The translations under genes and the position numbers were made by a program. Below, piece by piece: positions 22,693 to 38,036 of a DNA stretch of 64,000 nt. The DNA is from Eledone cirrhosa. Its lineage: Eukaryota. The stretch lies in assembly GCA_964016885.1 (NCBI GenBank), contig OZ024744.1, positions 89,466,001-89,530,000 of the forward strand. Reading direction: 5' to 3'. A model generated the notes under the pieces. It saw only the letters and a program-made list of their open reading frames with translations, was not told where the DNA came from and made no database searches. The stretch's first letter is position 1, and every line of letters starts with the position of its first letter.

Positions 22693-25600
22693 TTCTTTAT
22701 TATCCACAAGGGCGCAACAAGAAAAGGGGACAATACAAAGACATGCCGGGGATTTTACATACAGTCGTGTAAAAAATATAAAAACAAACAATTACAACAA
22801 TCGAAATCCCCAATAGGGGGGAGGCGCCACAAATGGGTTGTTTAATACCCCGTCGATAGAACAACCCTCAACTCCAGGAGCGTGTTGTGCAAGTGCTCCT
22901 TTCTTCCTTTTGCTCACTTCCTCAACCTACAGGCTTATAAAAAGAGAAGGCCCAATCACTCGGGCCATTTTTGCTTCATTCACCCACCTTTCAGTAAATT
23001 TACTGGGGTGCAGTGCCTCTCTCTCCAACCTGATTCTCCTTCTAAAGTGATACTTAAAGAAGGGAATCAATTGTTGTCCGGAGAGAAAGGCATCTGTCTT
23101 CAGTCCTCTCAACCTCGTCCACCATATAACTTCTTTCACCATAGCCACCGTACAGAGGAAAACCGCCTCTCTTTCGTTTTTGAAAGAGGCTGGCGGTTTG
23201 ATCCTTACTATGGACTCGGCAGTCAACTGAATTTGTCCCATACGCGACAGCAGTTGTTCTGCATAGTTCCACAGGTCAGTTACGCCCGGGCAGTGTACAA
23301 TTGCATGCAGGAGGTTTCAATGTCCTGCCCGCATCTTGGACACGTCCTATTGGAAGGATCCCTGCCGGGGCGTCCGTGCCTGTAGATCTTGTCACGAACC
23401 GGTAGAGCTCCTCGGTAGCACTGCCAGGCCAGGGACCTCTGGAAGTTGTCCATAGATCCCGGGCGGAAAGTCCTACCAAATAGACTGGTGAGCTCATCGT
23501 CTTCGACGCCCAGAGTCTCTCCGAGCACGTCGTCGCCCTTGTAACGTACAATCCCTCTATAGAATGTCGAAGTGGAGTCGCCACTGATTGCTGCGCCCAC
23601 TTGCCAGAAGACTGTGAGCGCCTGAGCGCATTCAATGTGCCAGGCGCCCATCGTTTTCGGTCTTTTCTTGACCCAGGACTGCAGCTCCGCCAGCGAGACG
23701 AGCTGTGGGAAAGCCTGTCTCACAAACGGTGCCCACACCGGTTGGGGGTCGGTGAGGAATACCTGGAGATGCCGCAGCCTCAGCGCATGTTTGCGCATCA
23801 TCAGCCACGGCATTCCCAGCTCTCCGTTTGAAGAGTGCTGACAGCAGACGGATCTCCTCACCAGCGGAGCCTGCTTCTTCCACAGAAACTGGAAGAGCAT
23901 GCGTTCCATGTTGGCGAGGTGTTGACGGGGACAAGGCACGACAGTCGAGCGGTAGTAGATGACGGACTCTATGAAAGTGTTCGCCACCTCCGCTCGTCCT
24001 TTCAAGGACAGTTTGCACTCTGCCCACTTCTGGGTGAGTGCAAACATCTTGGCCGTGACCTCGTTCCAGTTTTTCTCCACCTGGAGGTCTGGACCGAACC
24101 AGACCCCGAGCAATTTCACCGGTCCGTCCGTCCAGCGTCCAACGACGCTGTCGGACGTCATCTGTTTGCCTCTCCACGTACCGAGTTGCAAACCGACAGA
24201 CTTGTCCGGGTTTAGTTTTGCTCCCGTCAGCGTTTCGTATTCTTTCAGTCAGTTGCCGATCACCCCGATTTCCCAGGTGCTCGACACCATTACTGTCACG
24301 TCGTCGGCATTAGCCGACGCCGCTTTGCACAGTCCCGGTTCTAGAGGGATTACCTGCAACAGCTCCAATTTCCGCAGTAGTGGCTCTACAGTCAATACAT
24401 ACAGAATGGAGGAGAGAGGGCACCCCTGTCGAATGGAATGCGTGATTGCGAACGGCTCCGATAGGTAGCCGTTCACTTTGACCCTCGAGCAGATGCTGGT
24501 GTGCATCGCCTCGATCCATCCTCTGAACACGGGACTGAAACCGGCCGCCTTGAGAACCGCTTCCAAGTATCGATGGTCGTCCCTATCGAATGCCTTAGAC
24601 TGATCCAAGTTGATCAGAGCCCCCACCTCTCTATGATGTATCGCATGAGGTGGAGGTTGTCGTGTATGGACCTGGTCGGGATTGCACACGTTTGCGCTTT
24701 CCCTACCAGGTTCTCAACGACAAGCGCAAACCTCGTCGCTAGCACCTTGGCCAAAATCTGGCCAAACTCTGTGTTGAGCAGAGTTATGGGCCTGAAGTTG
24801 TTATTCCGTCCCCCTTGTTCTCGTCTTTCCTGATCAGCGTTACTACGCCCTTGCCTGCAGAACTAGGAATTATCCCGTTCTGCTGCCAATTGCAGTAGAC
24901 GGCTTCGAGGGCGCCAGAGAACAAGTCCGTCATGCCTATGTAAAACTCGTAGGGTAGACCATCTAGACCGGGTGACTTGCGTTTCCCGCAGCGGCCCAGA
25001 GCGTCCCGTATCTCAGCGTCCGTGATCGGTCTTTCGCCGAACTCGGCGTCCGTGTTCGAGAGACGCGGCAGGCCGTCGAGGTATGAACTAAAGTCCATTT
25101 CCCCGTTCGGCTCACCGTCGTTCTGCTCAAACAGACGCGCAAAGAGCCACTGAAAGGCCGCGCACATTTGCTTGGGGTCAAGTAGCACGCGTCCGTTTTG
25201 GTCTTTCAAAGACCGAATCGTGGACTTGTTGCCACTTTTTGCCTCCGCCACTCGGGCTCAGCTGACAGCTTTCGCTCCTTCGTTTCCTAGAGCACGTGTT
25301 TTGCTTCTGACCACGCAGCCTTCGTGGTTCGCATCGAAGAACTGGTCCAGTGCCGTTCTCGACGCTAACACTCTAGCCGCGTTTCCACATCTAAGTGCCT
25401 CCTCTACCTTGGCTATTAGTTCTCATTCTATTCTGTTTTTCTCTAAGGCTAACTCTCTGCTATACCCTATCGATTCTATTCTAATTGCTTTCTTGAGAGA
25501 GTACCACCATCTATTGTTGACGATGGCTCCCGTTAACTGTTGCTTGACTAGTCTACTTATCCGTTCACTGTAAGCTTTACGTGCCAGCAACGACACGTTC

Positions 25601-28483
25601 AGCTTCCAGTATCCGGGACCCTGTCTATGTATTCTATCACGGTTGACTAAGCAGACGACTAACTTGTGATCTGAATAGGCAACCATGTGCATTCGTGGAC
25701 AGCTTAACATCTCCTTGTCCCTTTCTCTGATGAAGAACCTATCTAAATACGATCTAGATGTCCCACTGCGGTTTGCCCACGTCCACTGTGGTGCAGTTGG
25801 GAAATCCAGTCGATACCTATCGGCCAGTTGGAATTGGCCGATTAAAGTTTTGAGGCTGTTGCACCCCGCTCTACTGGGACATGCTCCCACATAGTCCCAT
25901 CGTGCATCTAGGATACCATTCCAGTCCCCCACTAAAAGTAAAGAGCGAGACGTTCCCAGAAAAGATTTTAGACGCTTAAAGAAGTCTGACCGTGATTGCG
26001 ATTGCCCAGTCGAGGCATAAACGTCCACCAGTCTGAAGGCTCCACCTCCAATACTGTTCACGTCTAGGACTACCAGTCTACCCTCCGGGTCCAAGTTTAC
26101 TTGCTGTACTTCGACGTCCAGGTTCTTCCGAAACATGACAGCCACTCCACCTCCACCTCCTGGCTGACAGAGAGATGCGTAGATCTCAAAGTCGTCGAAG
26201 ATGGGGGTTAGTTGCTGCCTGTTGTGGATCCTGGACTCGGTGATGGCTATCACATCCATACTGTGTGACCTAAGGTCGTTTAAAAGTTGGCCCTGTTTCC
26301 AGGGCATCCCTAGGCCACGCACATTCACAGTTCCAACTCGTAAACTAGCCATGTTGGTGACGAAAGGTGCACTTACCTTTTCGTTTCCTAGAGATCGGGT
26401 TGTTCAATCTCCATTTGGGTGCTGGATGGGGTGTTGGGTGGGGTGGGGAAGCATTTTAACAGGACGCGGTTGATGGGTTTGTGGCAGGGGTTGCCCACGT
26501 TCTGTGAAAATTTATTTTTTAGGTCATTATAGGTTTCCATAGAAACCCTTATAAGTTTAAGGTGTGGAGACGATTCTGCCTTGACGAAAGTTTTGCCCTC
26601 CATCTCCACCTTGGGGTTTTGGGAGATGACCTCCATCAAACTCTTGTTGTTTGTGTTGATGTATGCGTATTGTTGTTTACGTTTTTTGTTGTGTTGTTTT
26701 AGTTTGTTGTTCGTCCGGGAGTTTTCTTTTTATGGTGGGTGTTTGTGTTTGGGGTGGTGTTGGTGCTGGTTTTGCTGATAGGGGGATGTTTGACTGTGGT
26801 GTTGTTTGTGTTGTTTGTGTCTGTGGTTGTGTGTTGGTGTTGGTGATTGGAGTTTTGGGTGTTTTGAGGTGTCTCTTTTTTTGTTTTTTAGATTTCCGCG
26901 GTTCTCCCTCTTCTTCACTTAAAGAAAGAGAAGCAGCTTCATCCGTCCATGAAGAATCATCGTCAGGTGTGTGGGGTAGAGGTATGTTGTGTGGTGGTGG
27001 TGTTTCGGTGTGTGTGTTTGTGGTAGTGTTTGATGGAATGGGATGGAGTGGGGCTGTGTTCTTCAGGGGTGTTGTCTCCGTTTTTTCTGTTGTTGTTGGT
27101 TGAGTGTCTGTTTGTTTTGGTGTGGTTGCTCGTTTCGTCTGTCGTTGTACTTGTGGTGGTTGTTTTGGTGTTGGTGTTGGTAGTAATGTTTTTTTAATGA
27201 TGTTGTTGTTGTGTGTTTGTGGACAAGAGGCTTTTAGGTGTGCTGTGCTACCACAGCGAAAGCAATGAAATTTTCGTCCTTCTACCGAAATGTTTATTTT
27301 GTTGTTATTAACGACTCTTTCGGGTATTTTGGAGATTCTCTCCGGTTTCATTTGCAACAGAATCTCCAAATCTGTACCCGCCCACCTTTGTCGAATAGAT
27401 TTTCGTATCGAAAGAATCATATCAGTTTCTTGCTCTACGAAGCCAGCCAAGATCCACCAGATGTTAATGTTTGGAGGTATGTTTTTTATTTTTATTTTCT
27501 GTGTCCTTTTTCCCATGTATGTAGGGAAAAAGGTGTATGCTTTTGACACCATTGGTGTCACAGAATGTTTTTGTGTGAGTGCCTCGCTTTTAAACAGTAC
27601 GGAAACACTTCCGTACTGTTTTCCTCGCTGGAGAAAATTGACATTTGCTAGAATTTCCTTGAAAGTATCTTCTATATCTGCTTGGTTAACAAATGTCGGC
27701 TTTCTTGGGGAATTTGACACAGTCCTAAAGGTGACTGATCTGCTAATTGTGTCTTCCTTTATTTCAAGGGGTGAGTTAATTCTAAACCCACCTCTTTCTT
27801 CGAAAGTTACAAATTTTCTCCCTTGCTGGAGCATATCTCTTGCGTTGGAGATATCAAGATTTATAAAATCTTGTTTTTTGTTCACTGTTTCAGCGAAAGA
27901 CATTTTCTTTTTTTTGTGTAGTGTTGCTGTTGTTGTTGTTGTTATCGTTGTTAGCCTCGGTGTTGGAAATCTCAGTTCCTTGTCGAGGTGAAACATTATG
28001 TGTAGATGTATCTGTAGAGTTGTTGATGTCTTTTTCATGTGTATGTATGTTAATGGGTTTAATTCCTGTGTTTTCCTGTGTGTTATTGTTATTTTTCTCC
28101 ACTTTGACGGTAGAAATTTTAAAATCTTCAAGTGGTAATACTTTTTTTTTTCTTTGTTGACAGTCGTATCTATGGCGACGTCCATAGTAGCAGAAGCAGA
28201 TATAACGTTAATATCTGCCTCTTTCTCTCTCTTTTCTCTATTAACGTTCTCCAGTGTTCTTGTGTTGCTCAAGTTATTTAGTTTGTAAAATCTGATATTT
28301 TAAAACAAATTTTTAAAATAAAATGTTCGCCCCTGCAGGGGCGAAAAATGGGATTACCACCCAGCTGACAATTCGGCTTGGGGGTTGATCTACAAAATGC
28401 TGTTTTTTCAAACAATTAGTTCGTTTTTTTTTTTGTATAGAAATTAACAAAAAAGCTTACCGGCGATGTTCCACGCGTCAGAC
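22693..28483 (-). mobile_element. Tx1 copy D: full-length, multiply disrupted
   Basis: ORF1 26677..28272 plus 26388..26639; ORF2 pieces 25423..26352, 24784..25251, 24249..24689, 23280..24191 and 22927..23241; AATAAAGAAA(TCTA)n end. Confidence 0.93.
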
Positions 28484-28495
28484 AGAAAGAGAGAG

Positions 28496-28599
<104 letters not shown>

Positions 28600-28880
28600 T
28601 TATTTGTCACTAGGGCGTCAAAGAGTGGGACAGGTACAATGGGGGAGTTTACATAAAAAGACGTCCTCAATAAGGAGGAGGCAATAACAAAATATAAAAA
28701 TATAAGATATAAAATAAATTGAATAACAAAATCCTCAATAGGGAGGAGGCGCCTTGGGTGCAACCCTTCTCCTCAGGAGCACAGAGAGAGGATGCTCCCT
28801 TGATCTTTCATCTTTCTCACCTACAGTCTGATGTAGAGTGAAGGCCCATTCACACGGGCCATTCTCGCCACTTTCATAAA
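28600..28880 (-). mobile_element. Tx1 copy E: heavily 5'-truncated 3' end, same family as F
   Basis: Last ORF2 codons (KVARMARVNGPSLYIRL*) and a 3' UTR similar to 28927-29240; (GATA)n on both sides. Confidence 0.9.
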
Positions 28881-28923
<43 letters not shown>

Positions 28924-28926
28924 TAT

Positions 28927-30379
28927 TTCTTTTATTTGCCACTAGGGCATCAAAAGTGGGACAAGTACAAAGGGGGGAGTTTACACAAAAAGGCGTCCTC
29001 AATAAGGAGGAGGCAATAACAAAATATAAAAATAAAATAAGATATAACAAAAAATAAAATTTTTAACAAAATCCTCAATAGAGAGGAGGCGCCTTGGGGG
29101 GTCGCACACACCCCCGAAAAAAGTGTGCAACCCTTCTCCTCAGGAGCACAGAGAAGGGGTGCTCCCTTGGTCTTTCATCTTCCTCACCTATAGTCTGATG
29201 TAGAGTGAAGGCCCATTCACACGGGCCATTCTCGCCACTTTCACCCATCTTTCATAGAAACGGCTGGGGTGCAGCACCTCTCTCTCCATCCTGATCCTTC
29301 TTCCGAAATGATATCGGAAGAAACGGACCAGTTGTTGGCCAGAGAGAAAGGTGCCCGACCTCAGTCCTTTCAGACGCGTCCACCATACAACCTCTTTCGC
29401 CATGGCTATTACGCACAGAAACACCGCCTCTGCTTCATCTTTGAAGGGGGGAGGCGGCTTGATCATTACAATAGACTCGGTGGTCAACCGGATCGGTCCC
29501 ACCCTTGACAGCAGTTGTTCGACATAGCCCCACAGATCGGCTACGCCCGAGCAGTGTACTAATGCGTGTGCAACGGTTTCCTCGTCGCACACGCATCTGG
29601 GACAGATCTTTTTGGCGGGGTCCCTACCCGGGCGCCCGTGTCTGTAGAGCCTTTCTCGAACGGGTAAAGCCCCTCGGTAGCACTGCCAGGCCAGGGACTT
29701 CTGGAAGTTGTCCATAGGTCCCGGGCTGAATGTCCTACCGAACAGGCTGGCCAGTTCGTCCTCCTCCATGTCTAGGGCTTCTCCGAGGGCGTCGTCGCAC
29801 CTGCTGCGTACCAGCCCTCTATAGAATGTTGCGGTGGAGTCTCCACTGATAACCGGATCCGCCTGCCAGAGGGCGGTGAGCGCCTGGGCACACTCAGTGT
29901 GCCAGGAGCCCAGTTTTCTCGGTCTTTGCTTGACCCAGGATTGCAGCTCGGTGAGTGAGACGAGTCTGGGAAAGGTTCGTCTCACAAACGAGGCCCACAC
30001 CGGTTGTCCGGTGAGGAATACGTAGAGGTGCCGTAGCCTTAATGCGTGTTTATGCATCATTAGCCACGGCATCCCCAGCCCTCCTTTCGAAGGGTGTTGA
30101 CAGCAGATGGATCTCCTCACCATAGGAGCCCGCCTCTTCCAAAGGAATTGGAAGAGCGCGCGCTCCATCTTGGTGAGGGTTTCCCTTGGGCAGGGCACTA
30201 CGGTCAGGCGGTAGTAGATGACGGACGCTATGTAGGTGTTCGCCACCTCCGCCCGACCTTTCAGGGATAGTTTGCAACTGGCCCACTTCTGGGTCAGTGC
30301 AAACACCCTGTTCGTAACCTCAGCCCAGTTTTTCTCCACCTGGAGGTCCGGTCCGAACCAGACCCCGAGCAACTTCACC
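28927..30379 (-). mobile_element. Tx1 copy F: 5'-truncated, ORF2 C-terminal 396 aa open (29188..30378)
   Basis: VKLLGVWFGPDLQVEKNW...CPRC; (GATA)n at 28881-28922 and 30380-30405. Confidence 0.93.
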
Positions 30380-30548
30380 TAGATAGATAGATAGATAGAT
30401 AGATAGGGCGAATTTCAGAATACGTGCGTTTATATCAAATTCGTGCACATACCTAACCCTAATTATAAACATACAATTACATATTCCCGCCACCGTATCT
30501 GTTAATATATATTTTTACTATATATGTATATATGTGGTTATCTTTATC

Positions 30549-31880
<1,332 letters not shown>

Positions 31881-32129
31881 TAGCGTCTTACAAGTTTTAT
31901 CCTCTGCCAAAAACAAACAAAATAAAAACCTCCATCTCTAAGTACGAGGTGTTTTTAAGGATGTTTACACCTCAAAAGCGAATTGCTTTCAAATTGGATA
32001 AACTGAACAACTTCATGAGATCTTCGACTACCTCCACATTGATTTCTCTAATTCTACATAAATATTTTTCTTTTCCACACCTACATACCACACACACACA
32101 CACACATATGTATATATATATATATATAT

Positions 32130-32282
32130 ATATTGTTATACTTTGGGAGGGTCATGTTGCCAATAAGAAACACACGCAAAGCGTGTGTTTCTTATTGGCA
32201 ACATGACCCTCCCAAAGTATAACAATATCGGTTTCAACACACGATTTCAGATAAAGAATCTTGCTAAACAAATTCAGAAACG

Positions 32283-32286
<4 letters not shown>
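32130..32286 (+). mobile_element. PLE fold-back 3: perfect arms of about 48 bp with a 3-nt loop (32178-32180), truncated 3' of the ribozyme
   Basis: Homologous to 2243-2350; (TA)n on both sides. Confidence 0.7.
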
Positions 32287-32319
<33 letters not shown>

Positions 32320-32326
<7 letters not shown>

Positions 32327-32692
32327 GTGAGGTTTTTTTTACAAAATGAAAAATAACCGAGGTGTCCTACATGAGTGGAAGTATAAAGAAAAAGGGATGA
32401 AATCGAAAATGCAACTGAAGTCTTATTTTTTTTTTAAATATATATCTTTATTTGGTTCCATTACCGGTTTCGCAGTTCTTCTGCTTTTCAAAAGGTGAGT
32501 TGAGATGGAGGGTCTGTGGTTTTTCTCACATCTGTGGTTTTTCTCACAGATGTGAGAAAAACCACAGACCCTCCATCTCAACTCACCTTTTGAAAAGCAG
32601 AAGAACTGCGAAACCGGTAAAGGAACCAAATAAATATATATATTTTTTTAAAAAATAAGACTTCAGTTGCATTTTCGATTTCATCACTTTTT

Positions 32693-32699
<7 letters not shown>
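32320..32699. mobile_element. PLE fold-back 4: arms of about 150 bp (32382-32533 and 32548-32699), U3-A8 hammerhead
   Basis: 32586-32623 CCTT-TTGAAAA-GCAG aagaa CTGC-GAA-ACCGGT-A-AAGG; mirror at 32458-32495. Confidence 0.75.
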
Positions 32700-32739
<40 letters not shown>

Positions 32740-32824
32740 CATACTCACAGATATATAGATATATATATGATGGCTGCCCCCTCGTTATCGAATATGGCCA
32801 TTGCACGAGAAAGAGAAAAAAAAA

Positions 32825-32895
<71 letters not shown>

Positions 32896-35800
32896 GAGGA
32901 AGGCATCAAAATATATAGATAGACTCAAAAGAAAAAAGAAAAAACAAACAACAAAACCAAAGCAGCACAGCAACAACAGCAAAAAACGAGAAAAACAAAC
33001 AGAGAAAAACAAAAACAAAAACAAAAAAAAAAAAACGTAAAGAAAATAAGAATGAAGAGAGAAGCAGGCGGACGGACAGAGAAGAGGGGGGAAAAACTAA
33101 AACTAAAAAAACAAAAACTAAGTCAGACATTCGAACACTACATTACAATGAAACTTATGCTTATTCATTTTTGGGGCCCTTTCTGTCTGTGTGTTTGTTT
33201 GTTTATGTGTGTTCGTATACAGCGTGGTGATAATGCCACACAAGGGCCAAGTGGAACGGCGAATCCACAGATGGCTATGTAACCATACATTCGCCAATCC
33301 TCGATAAGAGTGTTTAAATATCGAACATAAACAGTTCGAATAACGGTGAAATGGAGACTAGAACGTCATGTGACAGACTCTCACCCAACAGGTGCCCCCT
33401 GGCTCAGCAGCAGGAACCTGACTGTCAACCAAATACTGCTGATGTTGGAGGAAGAAGAAGAAGGAAAGGGGCCAGAACCAACTGGACGAAAGAATTGAAT
33501 AGAACTGTTATGCAATGTTACCTAAAAAGTAACCCCAAGGAGAGGGCTACAGGAGACGGATGCATAACATCTGGAACGAGATTGGTCTATTTAAATTAGA
33601 TGAACAAAAATTGGCCGGGCAGGCTCGAGTAATAAGAACTAATGGGTGGATAAGCGAGCTGGAACTGGAGGAACTGAGCAGAGAGAATGGCTTGGAGATG
33701 GCGGGTGTAGTATGCCAGACAAGCGAGCCAGTGGGAAATGAAGGTGAAGAGGTCCTGAGAACGGAGGAACCACCCGAAGCAGACAATGATCTGAATACTG
33801 AGATAAATAATACCTGGAACAGAGATACGGCCACTGAGGAGATGAATGCTGACGGGCTAGGACAAGATTCGGTTGACATCCTAAATTTAGTGGTAGATGA
33901 ATTGAACAATGATAGTGGGAGACCTATGAACCTAAGATTTGTAGACAGGAAAAAGTTAAAAGAAACAACAGCTAAGGTAAACAAAGTCATCCCATACCTT
34001 GAGGCGAGGAGCCTTCACCAGTGCAACAATATCCTCAAAGCAACAGCAAATACGGTGAGGAAACTACTTGGTATAAAAGCGAGAGGAAACAACAGACAAG
34101 AAAGAGCAGAGCCGTGGTGGAAGAAACGACTGAGTGGTCAAATCGGGGAAATGAGAAATGACATAGGAAAGCTTGAGTCACTACTGCATGGGACACTAAA
34201 AAACATAGGCACTAAAAATAGACTGGAAATAAAGTACAAAACTAGGAGGAAAAAGCAAAATATTATCATAGAGGAACTGAAGCAACGCATTGTAGCAAAG
34301 AGTGCAAAAATCAGGCGATACGAGAACAGAGTCAGTCAGTATAAACAGAACCGCATGTTCGACAACAACCAGAAGATGCTGTTTGGACAGCTTGAGGGGA
34401 AAGAAAGAGGCAACGACTTGATCCCTGGGGCGGAGCAAACTAAAACATTCTGGAGAGGAATATGGGAGCAGGATGTTAGACATAATGTCCAGGCAGGGTG
34501 GATTGAGACAGTACAGAGGGAGATCGGTGAGCAGGCACACCAACAAACTGATTTGAGTATCACAGTTGAAACTCTTAAGGGGCAGGCCAAAAAACTAACC
34601 AACTGGAAATCACCAGGCCCAGATGGTGTGCAGGGGTATTGGATTAAAAATTTAACATCCCTCCACCCGAAGCTGACGGCCATGTTCAATGACTGCTTGG
34701 TGTCGGGTGAGGTGCCAGAGTGGTTGACAAAAGGTACCACAGTTCTGATAATGAAAGACCGAATCAAGGGTAATGATGTTACCAACTATAGACCTATCAC
34801 ATGTCTGTCCGTAATGTGGAAACTGTTGACGAGCATTGTGTCTGAGGAAATCTACCATCACCTCCACACAAACAACTTGTTACCGGACGAACAGAAAGGA
34901 TGCCGAAAGAAGTCACGTGGTACAAAGGACCAGTTACTTATTGATAAGATGGTAATGGGGAATTGCAGGAGGAGATACACTGATCTTGCCATGGGATGGA
35001 TAGACTACAGAAAGGCATTTGACATGGTGCCTCATTCTTGGATCACCAAAAGCCTGGAGATCTTCAGGGTGGCAGATAACATCAGACAGTTGCTGGGCAG
35101 GAGTATGGGGTCCTGGGAGACAGAGTTGACATCAACTGGAGTATCCTTGGGAAGCGTGAAGATCAAGAGAGGTATCTTCCAGGGAGATAGCCTGTCCCCT
35201 CTGTTGTTTGTCCTTGCCCTGATGCCCTTGACCATTATGCTGCGAAAAGTGAGAGCAGGATACAAGTTGGGAAAGGGAGAGCTTACCATCAATCACCTCC
35301 TCTTCATGGACGATCTTAAGCTCTTCGGGAAAAGTGAGAAGGAGTTGGATGTGCTTGTTGACACTGTCCGTATTTTCAGCAGTGATATATGTATGCAGTT
35401 TGGTATTAGTAAATGTGGAGTCATTGTGATGAGGAGGGGTAGGTTGAGCAGAAGTAACGGGATCCAGATACCAACAGGTGAGATGATAAAGGAAATTGAC
35501 TCTGAGGAAGGATACAAGTATTTGGGCGTTCTGGAGGCTGATGGCATAAAGAACAAAAAAATGAAGGAATTGTTAAGAATTGAATACATTCGGAGAGTAA
35601 GGAGCGTATGAAGTCACATCTGAACAGCAGAAATGCCATAAGCGCAGTAAATTCCCGAGCTGTGTCTATTATTAGGTACAGTGCGGGAATTCTGAGATGG
35701 AATGTTGCTGAACAAAAAGAAATGGATAGGAAGACTAGGAAGCTATTGACTATCTACAACATGTTCCACAAGAGGAGTGATGTCGATAGACTCTACCTAA

Positions 35801-36810
35801 GGAGATCTGAGGGTGGAAGAGGTCTTATCAGCATAGAGGACTGTGTTCAGATGGAGAAAAACAACCTGTACAAATACGTGACCTATAGTAAGGAGCCAAT
35901 GCTCAGAACTGTACTGAAGAAGGGGACAGTAGGCCAGGGGATGTCCAAGGAGGAAATAACATCAAGGAGGAAGAGCAGCCTTAAGGGAAAATCCCTTCAT
36001 AGTACCTTCTTTGAGAAAACTGAATTTAGAGATCCACAGACACGGAAATGGTTGAGAAGAGGAGACCTCAAAAAGGCTACAGAAGGAATGCTAATGGCTG
36101 CGCAGGAGCAGGCCCTCAAAACGAAGTGGTTGAAGCACCATATTTACAAGGAGGAGGCTAGCCCACTGTGCAGGATCTGTGGGGAGAGAGAGGAGACTGT
36201 GGCTCACATTGTGTCCGAGTGTAAACACCTAGCCCAGACCCACTATAAGGGCTGGAGACACGATGTGATGGGCAGGGTGATCCACTGGCACCTGTGCAAA
36301 GTAAACAATTTACCACATTCTGAGAAATGGTATGAGCATAGGCCAGAGGCGGTGATGGAGAACAATCAGGTGAAGGTGCTGTGGGATTTTAGGATACAGA
36401 CAGACAAAAAACTGGAACACAATAGACCTGACCTGGTGGTTGTGGACAAAGAAAAAAGATCGTGTCTGATTGTGGATGCCCTTTCGACACGAGAGTGCAA
36501 GAGAAGGAGAGGGAGAAAATTAACCGATACCAGGACCTAAAGTGGGAGGTGAAAAGGATTTGGAACTGCCATCAAGTCAAAGTGATCCCGATTTTCATAG
36601 GCGCACTGGGGACTATCTCCAAAAGTTTCCAGGGATGGTTAAAGAAAATCGGCCCCTTCACGCTTTTTGGAACGCTTCAAAAGGCATGCTTGCTGGGAAC
36701 AGCAAGAACCCTCCGATACGTCCTGAATATCTGAGGCTGCAGGTAGTGGCTTGATATTCATTCCAACGGACTTTCCAGTTAACCAACATCAATGACTGAG
36801 ATTCAAGGAA
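32896..36810 (+). mobile_element. Dong/R4-clade RLE non-LTR retrotransposon copy 1, near full length, three frameshifts
   Basis: (TAA)n at 32827-32895 and 36811-36909. The assignment of 32896-33350 as 5' UTR is uncertain. Confidence 0.88.
33351..36734 (+). pseudogene. Dong/R4 ORF: Myb-like N-terminus, RT, CCHC finger, restriction-like endonuclease
   Basis: WTKELNR..CY, NYRPITCL, WIDYRKAFDMVPH, GIFQGDSLSP, FMDD, CRIC-x8-H-x4-C, RHD, RPDLV..D..KY; frameshifts near 33545, 35608 and 36478. Confidence 0.92.
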
Positions 36811-36820
36811 TAACAACAAC

Positions 36821-36908
<88 letters not shown>

Positions 36909-36909
<1 letters not shown>

Positions 36910-37990
36910 GGAAGCTATTGACTATCTACAACATGTTCCACAAGAGGAGTGATGTCGATAGACTCTACCTAAGGAGATCTGAGGGTGGAAGAGGTCTTAT
37001 CAGCATAGAGGACTGTGTTCAGATGGAGAAAAACAACCTATACAAATACGTGACCTATAGTAAGGAGCCAATGCTCAGAGCTGTACTGAAGGAGGGGACA
37101 GTAGGCCAGGGGATACCCAAGGAGGAAATAACATCAAGGAGGAAGAGCAGCCTTAAGGGAAAATCCCTTCATAGTACCTTCTTTGAGAAAACTGAATTTA
37201 GAGATCCACAGACATGGAACTGGTTGAGAAGAGGAGACCTCAAAAAGGCTACAGAAGGAATGCTAATGGCTGCGCAGGAGCAGGCCCTCAAAACGAAGTG
37301 GTTGAAGCACCATATCTACAAGGAGGAGGCTAGCCCACTGTGCAGGATCTGTGGAGAGAGAGAGGAGACTGTGGCTCACATTGTGTCCGAGTGTAAACAC
37401 CTAGCCCAGACCCACTATAAGGGCTGGAGACACGATGTGATGGGCAGGGTGATCCACTGGCACCTGTGCAAAGTAAACAATCTACCACATTCTGAGAAAT
37501 GGTATGAGCATAGGCCAGAGGCGGTGATGGAGAACAGTCAGGTGAAGGTGCTGTGGGATTTTAGGATACAGACGGACAAAAAACTGGAACACAATAGACC
37601 TGACCTGGTGGTTGTGGACAAAGAAAAAAGATCGTGCCTGATTGTGGATGTGGCCTGCCCGTTCGACACGAGAGTGCAAGAGAAGGAGAGGGAGAAAATT
37701 AACCGATACCAGGACCTAAAGTGGGAGGTGAAAAGGATTTGGAACTGCCATGAAGTCAAAGTGATCCCGATTGTCATAGGCGCACTGGGGACTATCTCCA
37801 AAGGTTTCCAGGGATGGTTAAAGAAAATCGGCCCCTTCACGCTTTTTGGAACGCTTCAAAAGGCATGCTTGCTTGGAACGGCAAGAACCCTCCGATACGT
37901 CCTGAATATCTGAGGCTGCAGGTAGTGGCTTGATATTCAATCCAACGGACTTTCCAGTTAACCAACATCAATGACTGAGATTCAAGGAAT
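36909..37990 (+). mobile_element. Dong/R4 copy 2, 5'-truncated, nearly identical to the 3' end of copy 1, endonuclease open
   Basis: RKLLTIYN...RYVLNI* ending at 37913; same 3' UTR; (TAA)n flanks. Confidence 0.93.
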
Positions 37991-37999
37991 AAGAATAAC

Positions 38000-38035
<36 letters not shown>

Positions 38036-38036
<1 letters not shown>

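Noticed and set aside
20935-26700. Programmed frameshift within Tx1 ORF1
   Set aside because: The shifts in C (about 21000) and D (about 26685) are in A-runs at non-homologous positions; mutation or sequencing slippage is more likely.
13263-27991. Plus-strand ORFs antisense to Tx1 ORFs (for example 13263..13847, 20942..21622, 27290..27991)
   Set aside because: Shadow ORFs with no motifs and boundaries not conserved between copies.
32423-32658. Twin 68-aa ORFs on opposite strands (also 41009/42160 and 46169/46361)
   Set aside because: Consequence of inverted duplication; no protein motifs.
33173-33275. HDV-like ribozyme in the Dong 5' UTR (GGCCCTT/AAGGGCC helix, GGCGAA)
   Set aside because: I could not build a compact P2/P3/L3/P1.1 double pseudoknot; simple hairpins explain the pairing.
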